Origin: Craspedostauros australis
Lineage: Eukaryota
DNA: 48,133 bases
Assembly: GCA_030167865.1 (NCBI GenBank)
Contig: JALAGF010004004.1
Coordinates: 1 to 48,133 of the forward strand
Reading direction: 5' to 3'
Numbering within the stretch: the stretch's first letter is position 1; each line of letters starts with the position of its first letter. The position numbers and the translations under genes are program-made. Positions 11,901-21,699 of the stretch are shown one piece after another. The notes beneath the pieces are model-generated. The model saw only the letters and a list, made by a program, of their open reading frames with translations, was not told the DNA's origin and did no database searches.

Positions 11901-13388
11901 CCCGCGACGTTGGCGGGGATCCGCGGAGAGATCGACCGTTTCGGAGAGTAGCGTCATGAAGCCCGCCAACGGCCCCCACTCGCACCATCTGGTGAGGTAG
12001 ACCCTCGAGTTGGTCACCCTATCGAACATGACCACTGTGGGACCGAAGGCCATGATGCCGTTGGTGCACATGGCGATGGTCTGAACTGTGATGGCCGCGA
12101 CCAGGATCCCCGAAACCTGCTTCATCGGCATCCCGACGAAATACGGAATGACGGTGAGCAGAATGGCAATGAAGAGCGAGCAGAAGGCGAACATGACCGC
12201 GCTCTGCTCCTTGCCTTCGAGGTAGACGATGCTTTCCGGGGCAGCCGTGCTGTACACCGTCACCAACAGGATCAACCAGAGACATACAGTAGCCATGGCG
12301 ACCTTGATCACCAGGTCCGAAACCGCATCTGGCGGCAGCAGGTCGTTGCTCACTTCTTCACTGTCTTCACCGCTGCTCATTTGCCGCGATTGCTTCTGCT
12401 TCTGCTTCTGTTGGTGCTCGTTCTTATGCTTTCCTTGGACTTTAACAGATTGTCCCACCAAGGCGTCGGTGTCCTTGTCGGTGACCGTGTCAGCATCAGT
12501 GTCTGCATCAGTGTTGGTACCATCGCGAGCGCCCTTGCCAGCATCAGCATCAGAACCCATTGTCGTGGCGATATTCGCGCCACTGTCTCCCATTCCCTTT
12601 TCTGGTGATTGCGTTGCGCCTGATCGCGTTGTGCCGGATGTATCTTTTGTATCTCTTTCACCTCCTGAGGCTGCCGTCGAGCTCTGCGGGTCGCTGGATA
12701 AGGACGCAAACAGCTTCCCCATGGTGGTAGCAGCAACAGCAGTTGCTCCTGGGAGTAGTTCTATTGGCCTTGGATCGGTCGTGCTGCTGTTGGTTGTGTC
12801 GATCACATGGACGCTGGCGTCAGCTTCAGATTTGAAATCTCTGTCCTCTTCTGCGGACGAATTGTGTGCCTTGGGAGAGTTGGGGATTCGCACTGCGCGA
12901 GTATCGATAGTACTGGTACTGGCAGTGGCGCCGTACACCCTTCCTGTCGGCTGTGGTGGCGGGCTTTCTTGCTCGCCGTTTCGTGTTTCTGTCTGCCCTG
13001 TTGCTTCTGGTTGTCTTTTCGATTCTGTCCGTGTCTGGCCATCGTCGGTCATCACCTCATTTTTGTTGAAGCTGTGCGCACCTTCATCTGAGAGTTCATC
13101 TTCGTCGGTGCTGATCTCAGTGGACGAGACTGATGACGATGCGGACTTGAGCTGCTGCTCATGTTGCTTCTGCGATTGCGTTTGCTCATGTGTGCCATAC
13201 TGACCTTCGGCGTGCGTCTTGTTGGGATGGGCCTGTGCTGGCTTTCGTGTTGCATCTCCCGAGTCCCCAACATCGTTGGCATCGTCGCACAACGCTGTGG
13301 TCATGGGCATTCGCACGTGTCCGGTTTCCGTGCCATCCCTTTTTTCATCAGCACGAACGCCAGAGTTGCTGGCTTTGCTTCGCGTCAT
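8979..13388 (-). CDS. Rhodopsin-histidine kinase hybrid (disordered N-terminus, 8-TM type-1 rhodopsin-like domain, PAS-like segment, HisKA/HATPase, receiver, HPt-like tail). Two exons: 13388-10906 and 10629-8979; about 1,377 aa.
   Basis: ORFs 10902-13610 and 8979-10850 join in frame across the phase-2 intron 10905-10630 (GTGAGT...GCACAG), giving IVRDNTEQYLLGEAEQ. Rhodopsin helix C is RWCEW and helix G is DLAAK. Kinase: H-box RHEVKNGL, N-box RNAVSNACKYG. Receiver: VDDS...MDENL...RSAN...PK. Confidence 0.88.
10630..10905 (-). other. Spliceosomal intron (276 nt) of the rhodopsin-histidine kinase gene
   Basis: Minus-strand GTGAGT donor and GCACAG acceptor. Removing it restores one frame across the PAS-to-kinase junction. 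Confidence 0.8.
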
Positions 13389-14939
13389 CTTGCATGTATC
13401 GGTGGGCTGAGTCTGTTGTCGTTGTCGTTGTCTCTGCCGTTGCTTTGTTTTTATGTTGATGGTGTTGCGGAGTTCCCGGTGTTGTACTGGTATCGACTGG
13501 TGAACAGCGCACACACTCTGGCTCATGTGTGTTGTGTTTGAGAGGCGTATTCGTTCGTTTTCGCAAGTGCGCACGAGTCCAGGACTCTCTCTGGAGAGAG
13601 TCGAACACAACAGTACTCTGGAGAAACTGATTCGGCGCCAGTCGCTGCGTATCAGGAGCCGCCACCTACGTGTCTCGCACGCGATAAATCATTGTTCCGT
13701 CGAAATGGACCGAGCGATGTGAGCGACGCGTACGAGATACAGCACTTTTTCTGTCTCTGCGAAACCAACATCGTCGCCTTCCAAGCGTAATTGCCTTCTA
13801 TTTCCACCGCGCGGCATCGCCTTTCGCTCAACTCTTAAACGACGTTGGAAAGGGAGAGCCCGTATTCCATGCGCTCTGCCTCTGTTGAAGCTTGTCGAGA
13901 CACAAAGACCCCGGCGGATAAGTGCAGCAGCACTAAATTCTTCATGACGTCGCCATTGATTAAATACAAACCGCGATCTGGAAACGAAATCGAACAGCAA
14001 AACGAACCTCCGCTGGAAGGTCGTTTATGCACAACTGGCTCGGAAAGAAAGAAGCGCACAGTGTTGCGTTCTTCCGGCTGACACTATTCGCGAGGAATGG
14101 GTGCCAAGAACTTCATTGGTGAAGAACGAAGCCCCATGTTCTGCGCAGCAATAAAAACACACTTTCAGCGCTCTCCGAGTGGATTCGGCGTATCTCTGAT
14201 TCTCCCCTGATGTCCACAAGAGTACTTAACGGGAGATTCTCCGGCGATCAAACTTCTGTGGGACATCGCCACTATGATACTATACAGAATGTACTCCATC
14301 AGTACTATCGACACGATATCTTCTTGACGAATCAACTCATGCACAAAGACACATGACCACACTCTGCAGGAGCAGGTTGAGATGTGATGCGATGCTGCTT
14401 GATGCAAGATGGAGAGTGCGGCAATCATCTCGATCCGCTCTGCTCTATTCTTCAATGCAACGATCACTCGTCCAACAGCAATGTGAGTATGGTATAGAAC
14501 AAAACAAAAGAGAATCACGCAAGACAACTTGAGAAGATGTTTCAACTTCGTTCATGTGTGCTGGTCTTTGGTCTCTCGGTGCATTTGTGAATCACTCAAG
14601 GAAGTCTTATATATGATATGTGCATGGCGTTCCAGCAGCGGAACTATCTCGCGCAAGCGCAGACGTTCGTTCCGTTGAGGAACATCAGCGTGCTTGCGAT
14701 TTTGCACGTCCTCACTCCCTTCTGCACAAGAAACGCCTTCGCTGTTACTCGCTTGTACGCACCGCATCAGTACGATGATACACGATGGAGTAGGGCGGGT
14801 CAGGCGTTTTCATGTGGTCCCTCATCTGACGAAGCGAGGGATGGCACAGGCGTTGTTGCTTTCGTTGTCAGTGCGCTGCCACGAGCATGCATGTTGAGCA
14901 TGTTGTGCTCTGCTCTACTCTACTCTACTCTACTCTACC

Positions 14940-15368
14940 CTACTCTTCTTCTTCGTCCTCCTCAGTGTACGAAATTTTGAGGAAGATCTTGGCCTTGCGC
15001 GAGAACCATCCGCCGTCCTTCTTGTGATCGATGATCTTCGACACTTCCGTCCCTTCCTCGGAAAGGTCAAGGTCGTCCAGCTTGATGTCGCAGCCACCGA
15101 TGTCGTCATCCAACCCGATATCATCATCCCACACCTTGACGTGCAGGATCATGTTGTTCATCGTCGGGACCTTCTTGAAGGTGAAGGTCTCGCCGTACTC
15201 TGGGTTGAGATCATTCGTCTTCTTGCTCGACTGCTGCGTCTCCAGGGTCTTGTCGTAGATCCAGCCATCCTGCTCGAGATCGAAGATGACGTACGGATCG
15301 GACTTGCCCAGAAAGTCGGCGTCGCGGAGGTTGGTGATTTTGTCGAGGAATACGGTCAGCACTCCCAT
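14940..15368 (-). CDS. Single C2-domain Ca2+/phospholipid-binding protein (142 aa)
   Basis: MGVLTVFLDKITNLRDADFLGKSDPYV...DLNPEYGETFTF...LHVKVWDDDIGLDDDIG. The canonical C2 Ca2+-ligand aspartates are present. The upstream part of the track ORF (to 15695) is probably UTR. Confidence 0.92.
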   Translation of the reverse strand: MGVLTVFLDKITNLRDADFLGKSDPYVIFDLEQDGWIYDKTLETQQSSKKTNDLNPEYGETFTFKKVPTMNNMILHVKVWDDDIGLDDDIGGCDIKLDDLDLSEEGTEVSKIIDHKKDGGWFSRKAKIFLKISYTEEDEEEE

Positions 15369-16216
15369 CTTGCCCTGTGTCTCTTTGTCGTATTTTAAGT
15401 AATATTTAGAATAGTATAGAATGAGGGAATATGTAGGGAGGAGGTTCAGGACTGGTCGTTTGCAAAGTAGTTGTGGCCGTCTTTGGAGTGATGGTTGTGA
15501 TGGTGGCCTCTCGTCCCTTGCCTCGATGTGATGATCTTGTGCCTCCGTCGCGTTCTTCTTCAAACGAAACCAAGCGAAAGGATTCGACAACGCATCCTTC
15601 TCCCTGTGGAGAAGTTGGATACGAACACCCAGGACTTGATTGTCTCGCAGTCGTGAAGCGATTAGCACGATTGGATGATTTTGACACGACTCCACATTTC
15701 GAAGTCCGAGCCGTTACTTGAAAGATAACGGAAGTTGCGCGTGCCGGTTGGCAGATCCACAACGAGATTTTCGTGTGATGGGCTCTGTGTGGCAACTGAT
15801 GCAGGGGTCGCAATGCAACGGACACGAAACGCATCTCGTCTGAGTTGTCTCCGAGATTTCTCATCCGTCTCCTTCCCATCTGCCTTGCCTCTTATTCTAC
15901 TTGTTTGCTGTGTGCCTGCCAGCCTTCGTATCGATGTCGACAACAGTGCAGAGCAGGTTGCGAGCCCTCTGCATCCAGGTTGCTGATGCTGTCGTCTGAC
16001 ATGATAGGAGTATCCTCAAAATCACTCACTCGCTCACTCACTCAATCCTCAACAACTGCCATCCAATGAAGCTGAAGCCAGAGCGAAGAGAAACAACGCA
16101 GAAGCCACCCATCAATCGATCAGCACATCAACACTTCAACGCATCAACAGATCAGTTGTTGGAGCAGCGAAACGACGGGGGTATTGAAAGAAGATACTCG
16201 TGAAGACGAGAGGATC

Positions 16217-18952
16217 ATGCAAGCCACCTACACGGCAATGAAATCACGACGGATCCACCGAGAGAGGACCAAGCACTCTAAAGGACTGCCATTGTCGTCG
16301 TCGTCGTCGTCGGTATCATCAACATCGTTCACTGCAAGATGGTTCTTCTCGTTGGTCATTATGGCCGTCATCCGAATGTCCATGACGACGTACTGGTTGA
16401 TGCTGGAAGAGCATATTCCTGATTCCGCTGGTCTCCATCACGACCACGATGTGCACTTACATCAGCAGCTTCAATCAGATGACAGAACCAATGGCAATAA
16501 CAGGAGGAAGCTGTTGTCGACGCCACCACGCAGGCCTCAACCACAACAAGCTCCAGTGGCGGCATATCCGCACGAGTACCCGTACGCACACGACCAACCG
16601 GAACTTCGTGAGACGAAGACGGATGTGCAACCGAAAGACATTCAGATATCAAGATCCGTCATCCACCTTCAGAATGCCACGACAGCAGTATCACCGTTTC
16701 GTCGCAACGCGCGGGTACTCATCACGAACGTGTTGGAAGATCCATTGGGGATCGAACTGGTGTCTGTATTGATCGATCGACACGGCGTCACCAATGTCTT
16801 CGGCGTCACTGATCACTGCGTCCGGCTGGGAGCGCCCACGAGATTGGCATACCTGCATCAACATCATCCGTCCTTCCGGTTGTTCCCAGCTAAGTCTCCC
16901 ATGACTGTGCACGAATGGCGGTCAATTCTTGACAGCACCAGACCAACACACATTATACATCTTGACGGCATGCAGAATTCGATCACTGCAACACACGACG
17001 ACCATGATCTGATCTTCCCCCACCGGGCCAGCTTGGACTTTTTAGACGTGATGGCGAAGGCAATTCTGCAGCTGCGAACACAGCGAAAGAACAAGCGTCC
17101 GAGCGTGAAGATTCTTCACGTCACGACTGAAGATGGGAACGTTCCGTTATTCAACCGGACGGCGCAGCTCTACCTTCCTTCCCTGCATTCCATGCTTCGG
17201 TCGGTGTATCGTTTGAATGTCATGCAACTGCTATTGCCACAGGTGATCGGTCCATTTTCTGGAGCTAACGATATTATTGCAGATACACTATTACTGAGAG
17301 GAGATGGTGCACCAACAGCTTCGTCCCACAAGGACCCGATGCAGCTGATATCAGTGCGAAATGCTACAGATGAGATTCTGCAGTTTCATTCCGCCAATGT
17401 TGGCTTGGTGCAGTCTCGACGACGGGCATCAATGGTGCGAACGTCAGCGGGTGGATCGGAGCTCACGGTTGCGGTTCCTAGACAATCCAATATCGTTTCA
17501 CAGCAGGAGTTATCGGTTGCCTGGCAAGATGCAGCAACATACGCTAACGTTGATCCTCCACGGCACTTCGATGTGCTTTCCAGCATCATCGTACAGCATG
17601 AAGAGCAAGGCAATGCATTTGCAAGGGCCGGCAACACAAATGGGCTCAATGATCCATCGCGCAACACTAGCACAACCTCCATTCTGGACCATGCCATTCG
17701 AGACGTCAAACAACGACTGCATTCGGGCGAAGTTCAGGGCACTCCGTTGACGTGGAGGCGACGCCATGGCTTGTTTCCGTGCGCATCAGAATGCTCCGCA
17801 TCGTACCAATGTCACACGGACACTGTGTTCGACCAACGTGTCATGGAGACCAGTCGCAACAGCACGCAGGACTGTCGCTTCGTTCTGTACATCAGCGACT
17901 TCTCGCATGATCTCGACAGCCTTCCGGTCATGTCGAACGGCACTCGGCAGGTGCCGATGCCACACAATGCAGTCTGCCAGATCGCATATGTGAACGAAGA
18001 CAGCCCATTGTTCCAGTCGCTGATAGGTGAACGTGATGGCGTTGACAGCGATCCAGCCATGCACAATGGGTGGACCGTGATATCTGTTTCGTCCAATGCG
18101 CCAACTGCACCCACCGACGCATCTAATGCGCCGCACGGCATGTCGGAAGCTGATCTGCTCCTGCCGAAGATCTCACCTGGCACTCTGTTCGCAGCACGTG
18201 TTGAGAAGGCCATGTACTTCGAGCCATCGTTGTACGACGCATTCCCCTCGTTGCCTGTCATATACTACCTGATGGCCAAACGACTCGATGCACCTGCAAA
18301 GGAAGCCAAATGGATTCGTCCATCACCCACGGTCAGCAAGGAAGCAGCGACGAGACGCCATCAGAATGGTCGCGTATGGCAAGATGCCGCTCCACAACGC
18401 CACGTGATGCTGTTCGTCCACACGCATCGAGAGTTCGCATCGCATCCGTTGCACGCACCCGGCAAGTTCGATCGCATGGCCAAGTACGTGCTGCAACAAC
18501 GTGGCATGGAGGATCAAGTGGCTGCGCTGTGGCCACGACGACAGCTCGAGTACTACCATGAGCTGTGGGAACTCTCGGATCGCACTATGAGATTTGGATT
18601 GCTGGATACCTCGTTGCTGATTCATAATCTTCGCTCGAGCCGCAGCCGGCAGCTGCGTTGCGAATGGTATGAAGAGCACATCGCGTGGCGGGGCAACGGC
18701 CGAAGTCATGATGAGGACGGTTCTTCCTTTCATGGTTTCGAAGATCTGAGCCTGTCCATGATCCGGGCCAAATGGAGGTTGGAGGGACGGCTGGTGCCCC
18801 AGTATGACGATTGGGGAGACTTGTTTGCCACAACATCGAAGACGAAGAACCATGAACCGACGACGGCGGAGAAGCAGGGCTTCCTCCGATCGCACGCTGC
18901 GCCGAAGGGACGCAAGGAGTTTGGTGGTGGTTGGACCATTCGGGAGGAATAG
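16217..18952 (+). CDS. Type II membrane protein: highly degenerate SDR/epimerase-like region plus DUF616-like domain; paralogue of 5460-8444
   Basis: N-terminal anchor WFFSLVIMAVIRMSMTTYWLML and RVLITN without the GxxGxxG motif. Shares ordered blocks with 5460-8444: FPCASEC/FPCSSEC, CRFVLY/CKTVLY, LDSLP/LESLP, CQIAYV/CNLAFV, LPKISPG/LPKLSPG, YFEP/FIEP, LLDTS/LLDSR, LRCEW/FRCDV. The start codon could be 16217 or 16238. Confidence 0.78.
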   Translation: MQATYTAMKSRRIHRERTKHSKGLPLSSSSSSVSSTSFTARWFFSLVIMAVIRMSMTTYWLMLEEHIPDSAGLHHDHDVHLHQQLQSDDRTNGNNRRKLLSTPPRRPQPQQAPVAAYPHEYPYAHDQPELRETKTDVQPKDIQISRSVIHLQNATTAVSPFRRNARVLITNVLEDPLGIELVSVLIDRHGVTNVFGVTDHCVRLGAPTRLAYLHQHHPSFRLFPAKSPMTVHEWRSILDSTRPTHIIHLDGMQNSITATHDDHDLIFPHRASLDFLDVMAKAILQLRTQRKNKRPSVKILHVTTEDGNVPLFNRTAQLYLPSLHSMLRSVYRLNVMQLLLPQVIGPFSGANDIIADTLLLRGDGAPTASSHKDPMQLISVRNATDEILQFHSANVGLVQSRRRASMVRTSAGGSELTVAVPRQSNIVSQQELSVAWQDAATYANVDPPRHFDVLSSIIVQHEEQGNAFARAGNTNGLNDPSRNTSTTSILDHAIRDVKQRLHSGEVQGTPLTWRRRHGLFPCASECSASYQCHTDTVFDQRVMETSRNSTQDCRFVLYISDFSHDLDSLPVMSNGTRQVPMPHNAVCQIAYVNEDSPLFQSLIGERDGVDSDPAMHNGWTVISVSSNAPTAPTDASNAPHGMSEADLLLPKISPGTLFAARVEKAMYFEPSLYDAFPSLPVIYYLMAKRLDAPAKEAKWIRPSPTVSKEAATRRHQNGRVWQDAAPQRHVMLFVHTHREFASHPLHAPGKFDRMAKYVLQQRGMEDQVAALWPRRQLEYYHELWELSDRTMRFGLLDTSLLIHNLRSSRSRQLRCEWYEEHIAWRGNGRSHDEDGSSFHGFEDLSLSMIRAKWRLEGRLVPQYDDWGDLFATTSKTKNHEPTTAEKQGFLRSHAAPKGRKEFGGGWTIREE

Positions 18953-19556
18953 CTCGTGCAATAGAATGCGAGTGCGCATTCGTTTGTACGAGTGGCACAA
19001 TTCTGATAATGTTAACGCCACGCGGCAGACGAAGGTCGAGCAATGCACAGAGCACTGTGGATGGACTTCCCTCTCTCGCAGCTCGTGCATAGTATTGTAT
19101 GCTAGAATATAATAGAGCAGATGAATGTGACACTCTGTATAGGTAGAGTAATGCATTGCACTCGTAGAGTGTGGCGGAAACGCGCTACCCACGTTTGGTC
19201 GAATGTTGTTGGTACGAGAGTACCATATCTTGACTTGTTCATGTAGAGTTTCCAAAGGTACTTGCAAAACTGCATTTTCATTCCGTTCTGTGGACAGACT
19301 GACGAACTTTGGTCTGCGTGAGGTGAGTCAAACAACGACGCTGCTTGTCATGTCGTATCAAGTCACGTCACGTGAGGTCACGTGCAAACAAGGAACAAGC
19401 GACGAAACCAACAACGACAACCGCTGCGAGAGTGGGATTGCCTTCGCTGTTTGTTTCAAACACCACAATGCCATTGGCCAACGACGAACCATTCCTTCAA
19501 GAGACGACCAACAGCAACAAGCATATAACAGAAACAAGAACGAACCAACCGCAACC

Positions 19557-21119
19557 ATGTCCGCAAGTCCATCGACCGAGACGATGCCAGAAGCACCATG
19601 CATGAATACGCCAAGTGTGCCATGTCTGGAGTCGCCATCCTCCGGCAGAAACACGACGGCATTGACTGATGCAGCCACGCCCCCGTCCTCATATCGCGAC
19701 AATGCCTCTCACATCCTGCAGCGGTACATCGACACGTCCGCATCGGAAGAGGTCCGCAACGAGCAGATCGTGCAGATCGTCTCCACCATCTGCCCCTTTC
19801 TGCTGTCGGATGATCGCAATGACGGAGGCATGGTTCACGACTCCACCGCACAGCAGCCTCTCGAAGTCAAGCCTTTGCACGGGGGCCTTTCGAACGAGAT
19901 CTTCGTGGTCAAGAGCGCAACAGCTGATCAGAGCGTCCTGGTCCGCATTCATCCAGATGTGGACATTAACGGCGTCGGCACGCTTCCGCAAGACGGCCGC
20001 ACGCAGAGCAAAGCAGGTCAGCATGACGTGGATCTGGTGCTGACCAGCGACGATTCGAGCAGCGACGAGTCTCGCAGCGAGGATTCCTCCGTTTCCTCCC
20101 AGTCCGATCAATTGCTCACGCAACGGGAGATCGAGAACGAGCTGGTGGCGTGGTTGAGCCAGATGGGACAGGCCCCCATCTTCTACGGTCGCTTTCTCAA
20201 TGGTCGCATTGAAGAATTCTATGACAACATGCGGCCGTTGAGCTGCAACGAGATGGCCAAGCACGGCGCACAGATCGGTTCTCTCATGTCCAAGTTCCAC
20301 GGACTGTCTGTGCCTGCCTCCATTCTGCCAAAACCTGCATCTTCACCGACGTCAACATCATCATTGTCGCCAGACTTGGACCTTGGGCACATTGCTCAAT
20401 CCATCGATTCATGGTTCACGTCGCTGATCAAGGACATGGACAAGGGAGATGATCTGGACCTGCACAACTGCCTCATGACGATGCATGGGGAGTGGGCATG
20501 GCTCAAGATCGAGCTCTTCTCCTCGCCTTCGCAGCACCGGCAGCCACAACAAGATGGCACCACTGGCAGTGACAATGATTGCGTTAATAACATGCGACAG
20601 TTCCTGAAGGAATCAGTCCTGACGCACATGGATTGCCAACCGCTCAACCTCTTGCAGTCGCAAACGGAGACAGAGATGGAGGCATCAAATGCCATCCGGC
20701 TTATCGACTTTGAGTACTCCGGTTGGAATCCGCGTGCTGCCGATATCGCCAACACCTTCTGCGAGCATTGCAACATGACCGATCTTTGCCCCGACTATGG
20801 CGAGGAATATCCCACGGCGGATCAGCAAGATGCCTTTCTGCGCGCCTATTTGGAACAATGTCCGGATCAGATGAAATTGCTGGATGCATCCGACGAGCGA
20901 GATGCACTGGAGGCTATGCGACACGAGGTCGGGAAGCACACGCTGCTGTCGCACATGCACTGGGCAGTTTGGTCCATCGACCGGATCGTCCGCGTGAATG
21001 GCGATGGATGCAACCTGGAATGGGATTACCGCAAATATGTTACGGTGCGCATGGAGGGCTACGAAACGATGAAGTCCTGGTTCTTCGATGAGGCGGCGCG
21101 AATTCCGAATTCGACCTGA
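19557..21119 (+). CDS. Choline/ethanolamine kinase
   Basis: LHGGLSNEIF, VLVRI, GRFLNGRIEEF, Brenner motif HMDCQPLNLL and choline-kinase motif LIDFEYSGWNPRAADIANTFCE. Start placed at MSASPS (19557). Confidence 0.92.
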   Translation: MSASPSTETMPEAPCMNTPSVPCLESPSSGRNTTALTDAATPPSSYRDNASHILQRYIDTSASEEVRNEQIVQIVSTICPFLLSDDRNDGGMVHDSTAQQPLEVKPLHGGLSNEIFVVKSATADQSVLVRIHPDVDINGVGTLPQDGRTQSKAGQHDVDLVLTSDDSSSDESRSEDSSVSSQSDQLLTQREIENELVAWLSQMGQAPIFYGRFLNGRIEEFYDNMRPLSCNEMAKHGAQIGSLMSKFHGLSVPASILPKPASSPTSTSSLSPDLDLGHIAQSIDSWFTSLIKDMDKGDDLDLHNCLMTMHGEWAWLKIELFSSPSQHRQPQQDGTTGSDNDCVNNMRQFLKESVLTHMDCQPLNLLQSQTETEMEASNAIRLIDFEYSGWNPRAADIANTFCEHCNMTDLCPDYGEEYPTADQQDAFLRAYLEQCPDQMKLLDASDERDALEAMRHEVGKHTLLSHMHWAVWSIDRIVRVNGDGCNLEWDYRKYVTVRMEGYETMKSWFFDEAARIPNST

Positions 21120-21699
21120 TTCCGCCAGGACAGCTCCTGACGCTCGGAACTTTGCGGCCAAGACCATGATGATGATGATGATGATAGAGGCCATACGGTA
21201 CGATACGATAATCTGCAAGTAACTGCCCGTCGAGACGAACTCGTGTATCTTCCATTGCCCTACTTCCGTTTACTTTCTCGATACTTGTCCTTCGATTCGC
21301 ATTGGCGGTGGTTGTATCTTTGTATTCAAGAACAGTGTGCGACAGAAGACAAGAGTTGTTGTCAACACGAAGGTGAGTATGTATGTATGACAGGCATGTT
21401 GCCTTGCTCACAGAATGGGTATCTATGATATGCGAAAGTGATACGGATACTGATGTTCCTAGTGTTACTTGCATAATATGGTACATTGCACTTTAGATGC
21501 ACGTATGGTACACACGACCGCCTGTACTCAAGGCAGGTGGGATGCGGAGCTCGATGTGATCTCCGCACGTTCAGCCACCCATGCTCCAAAGACTCTCGTG
21601 AAAGCATGTTTCGTTCGTTCGTTCGTTGTTCTATTCATTTGTTGGTTTGTGCTGCTGTTTCTGCTACTACTGCTAATGCTTCTGTTCGAGTGCTGTTGC

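Noticed and set aside
5745-13203. Long plus-strand ORFs such as 5745-6704, 8677-9828 and 12229-13203
   Set aside because: They lie antisense to well-supported minus-strand genes, which is expected from GC-rich codon bias, and show no recognisable motifs.
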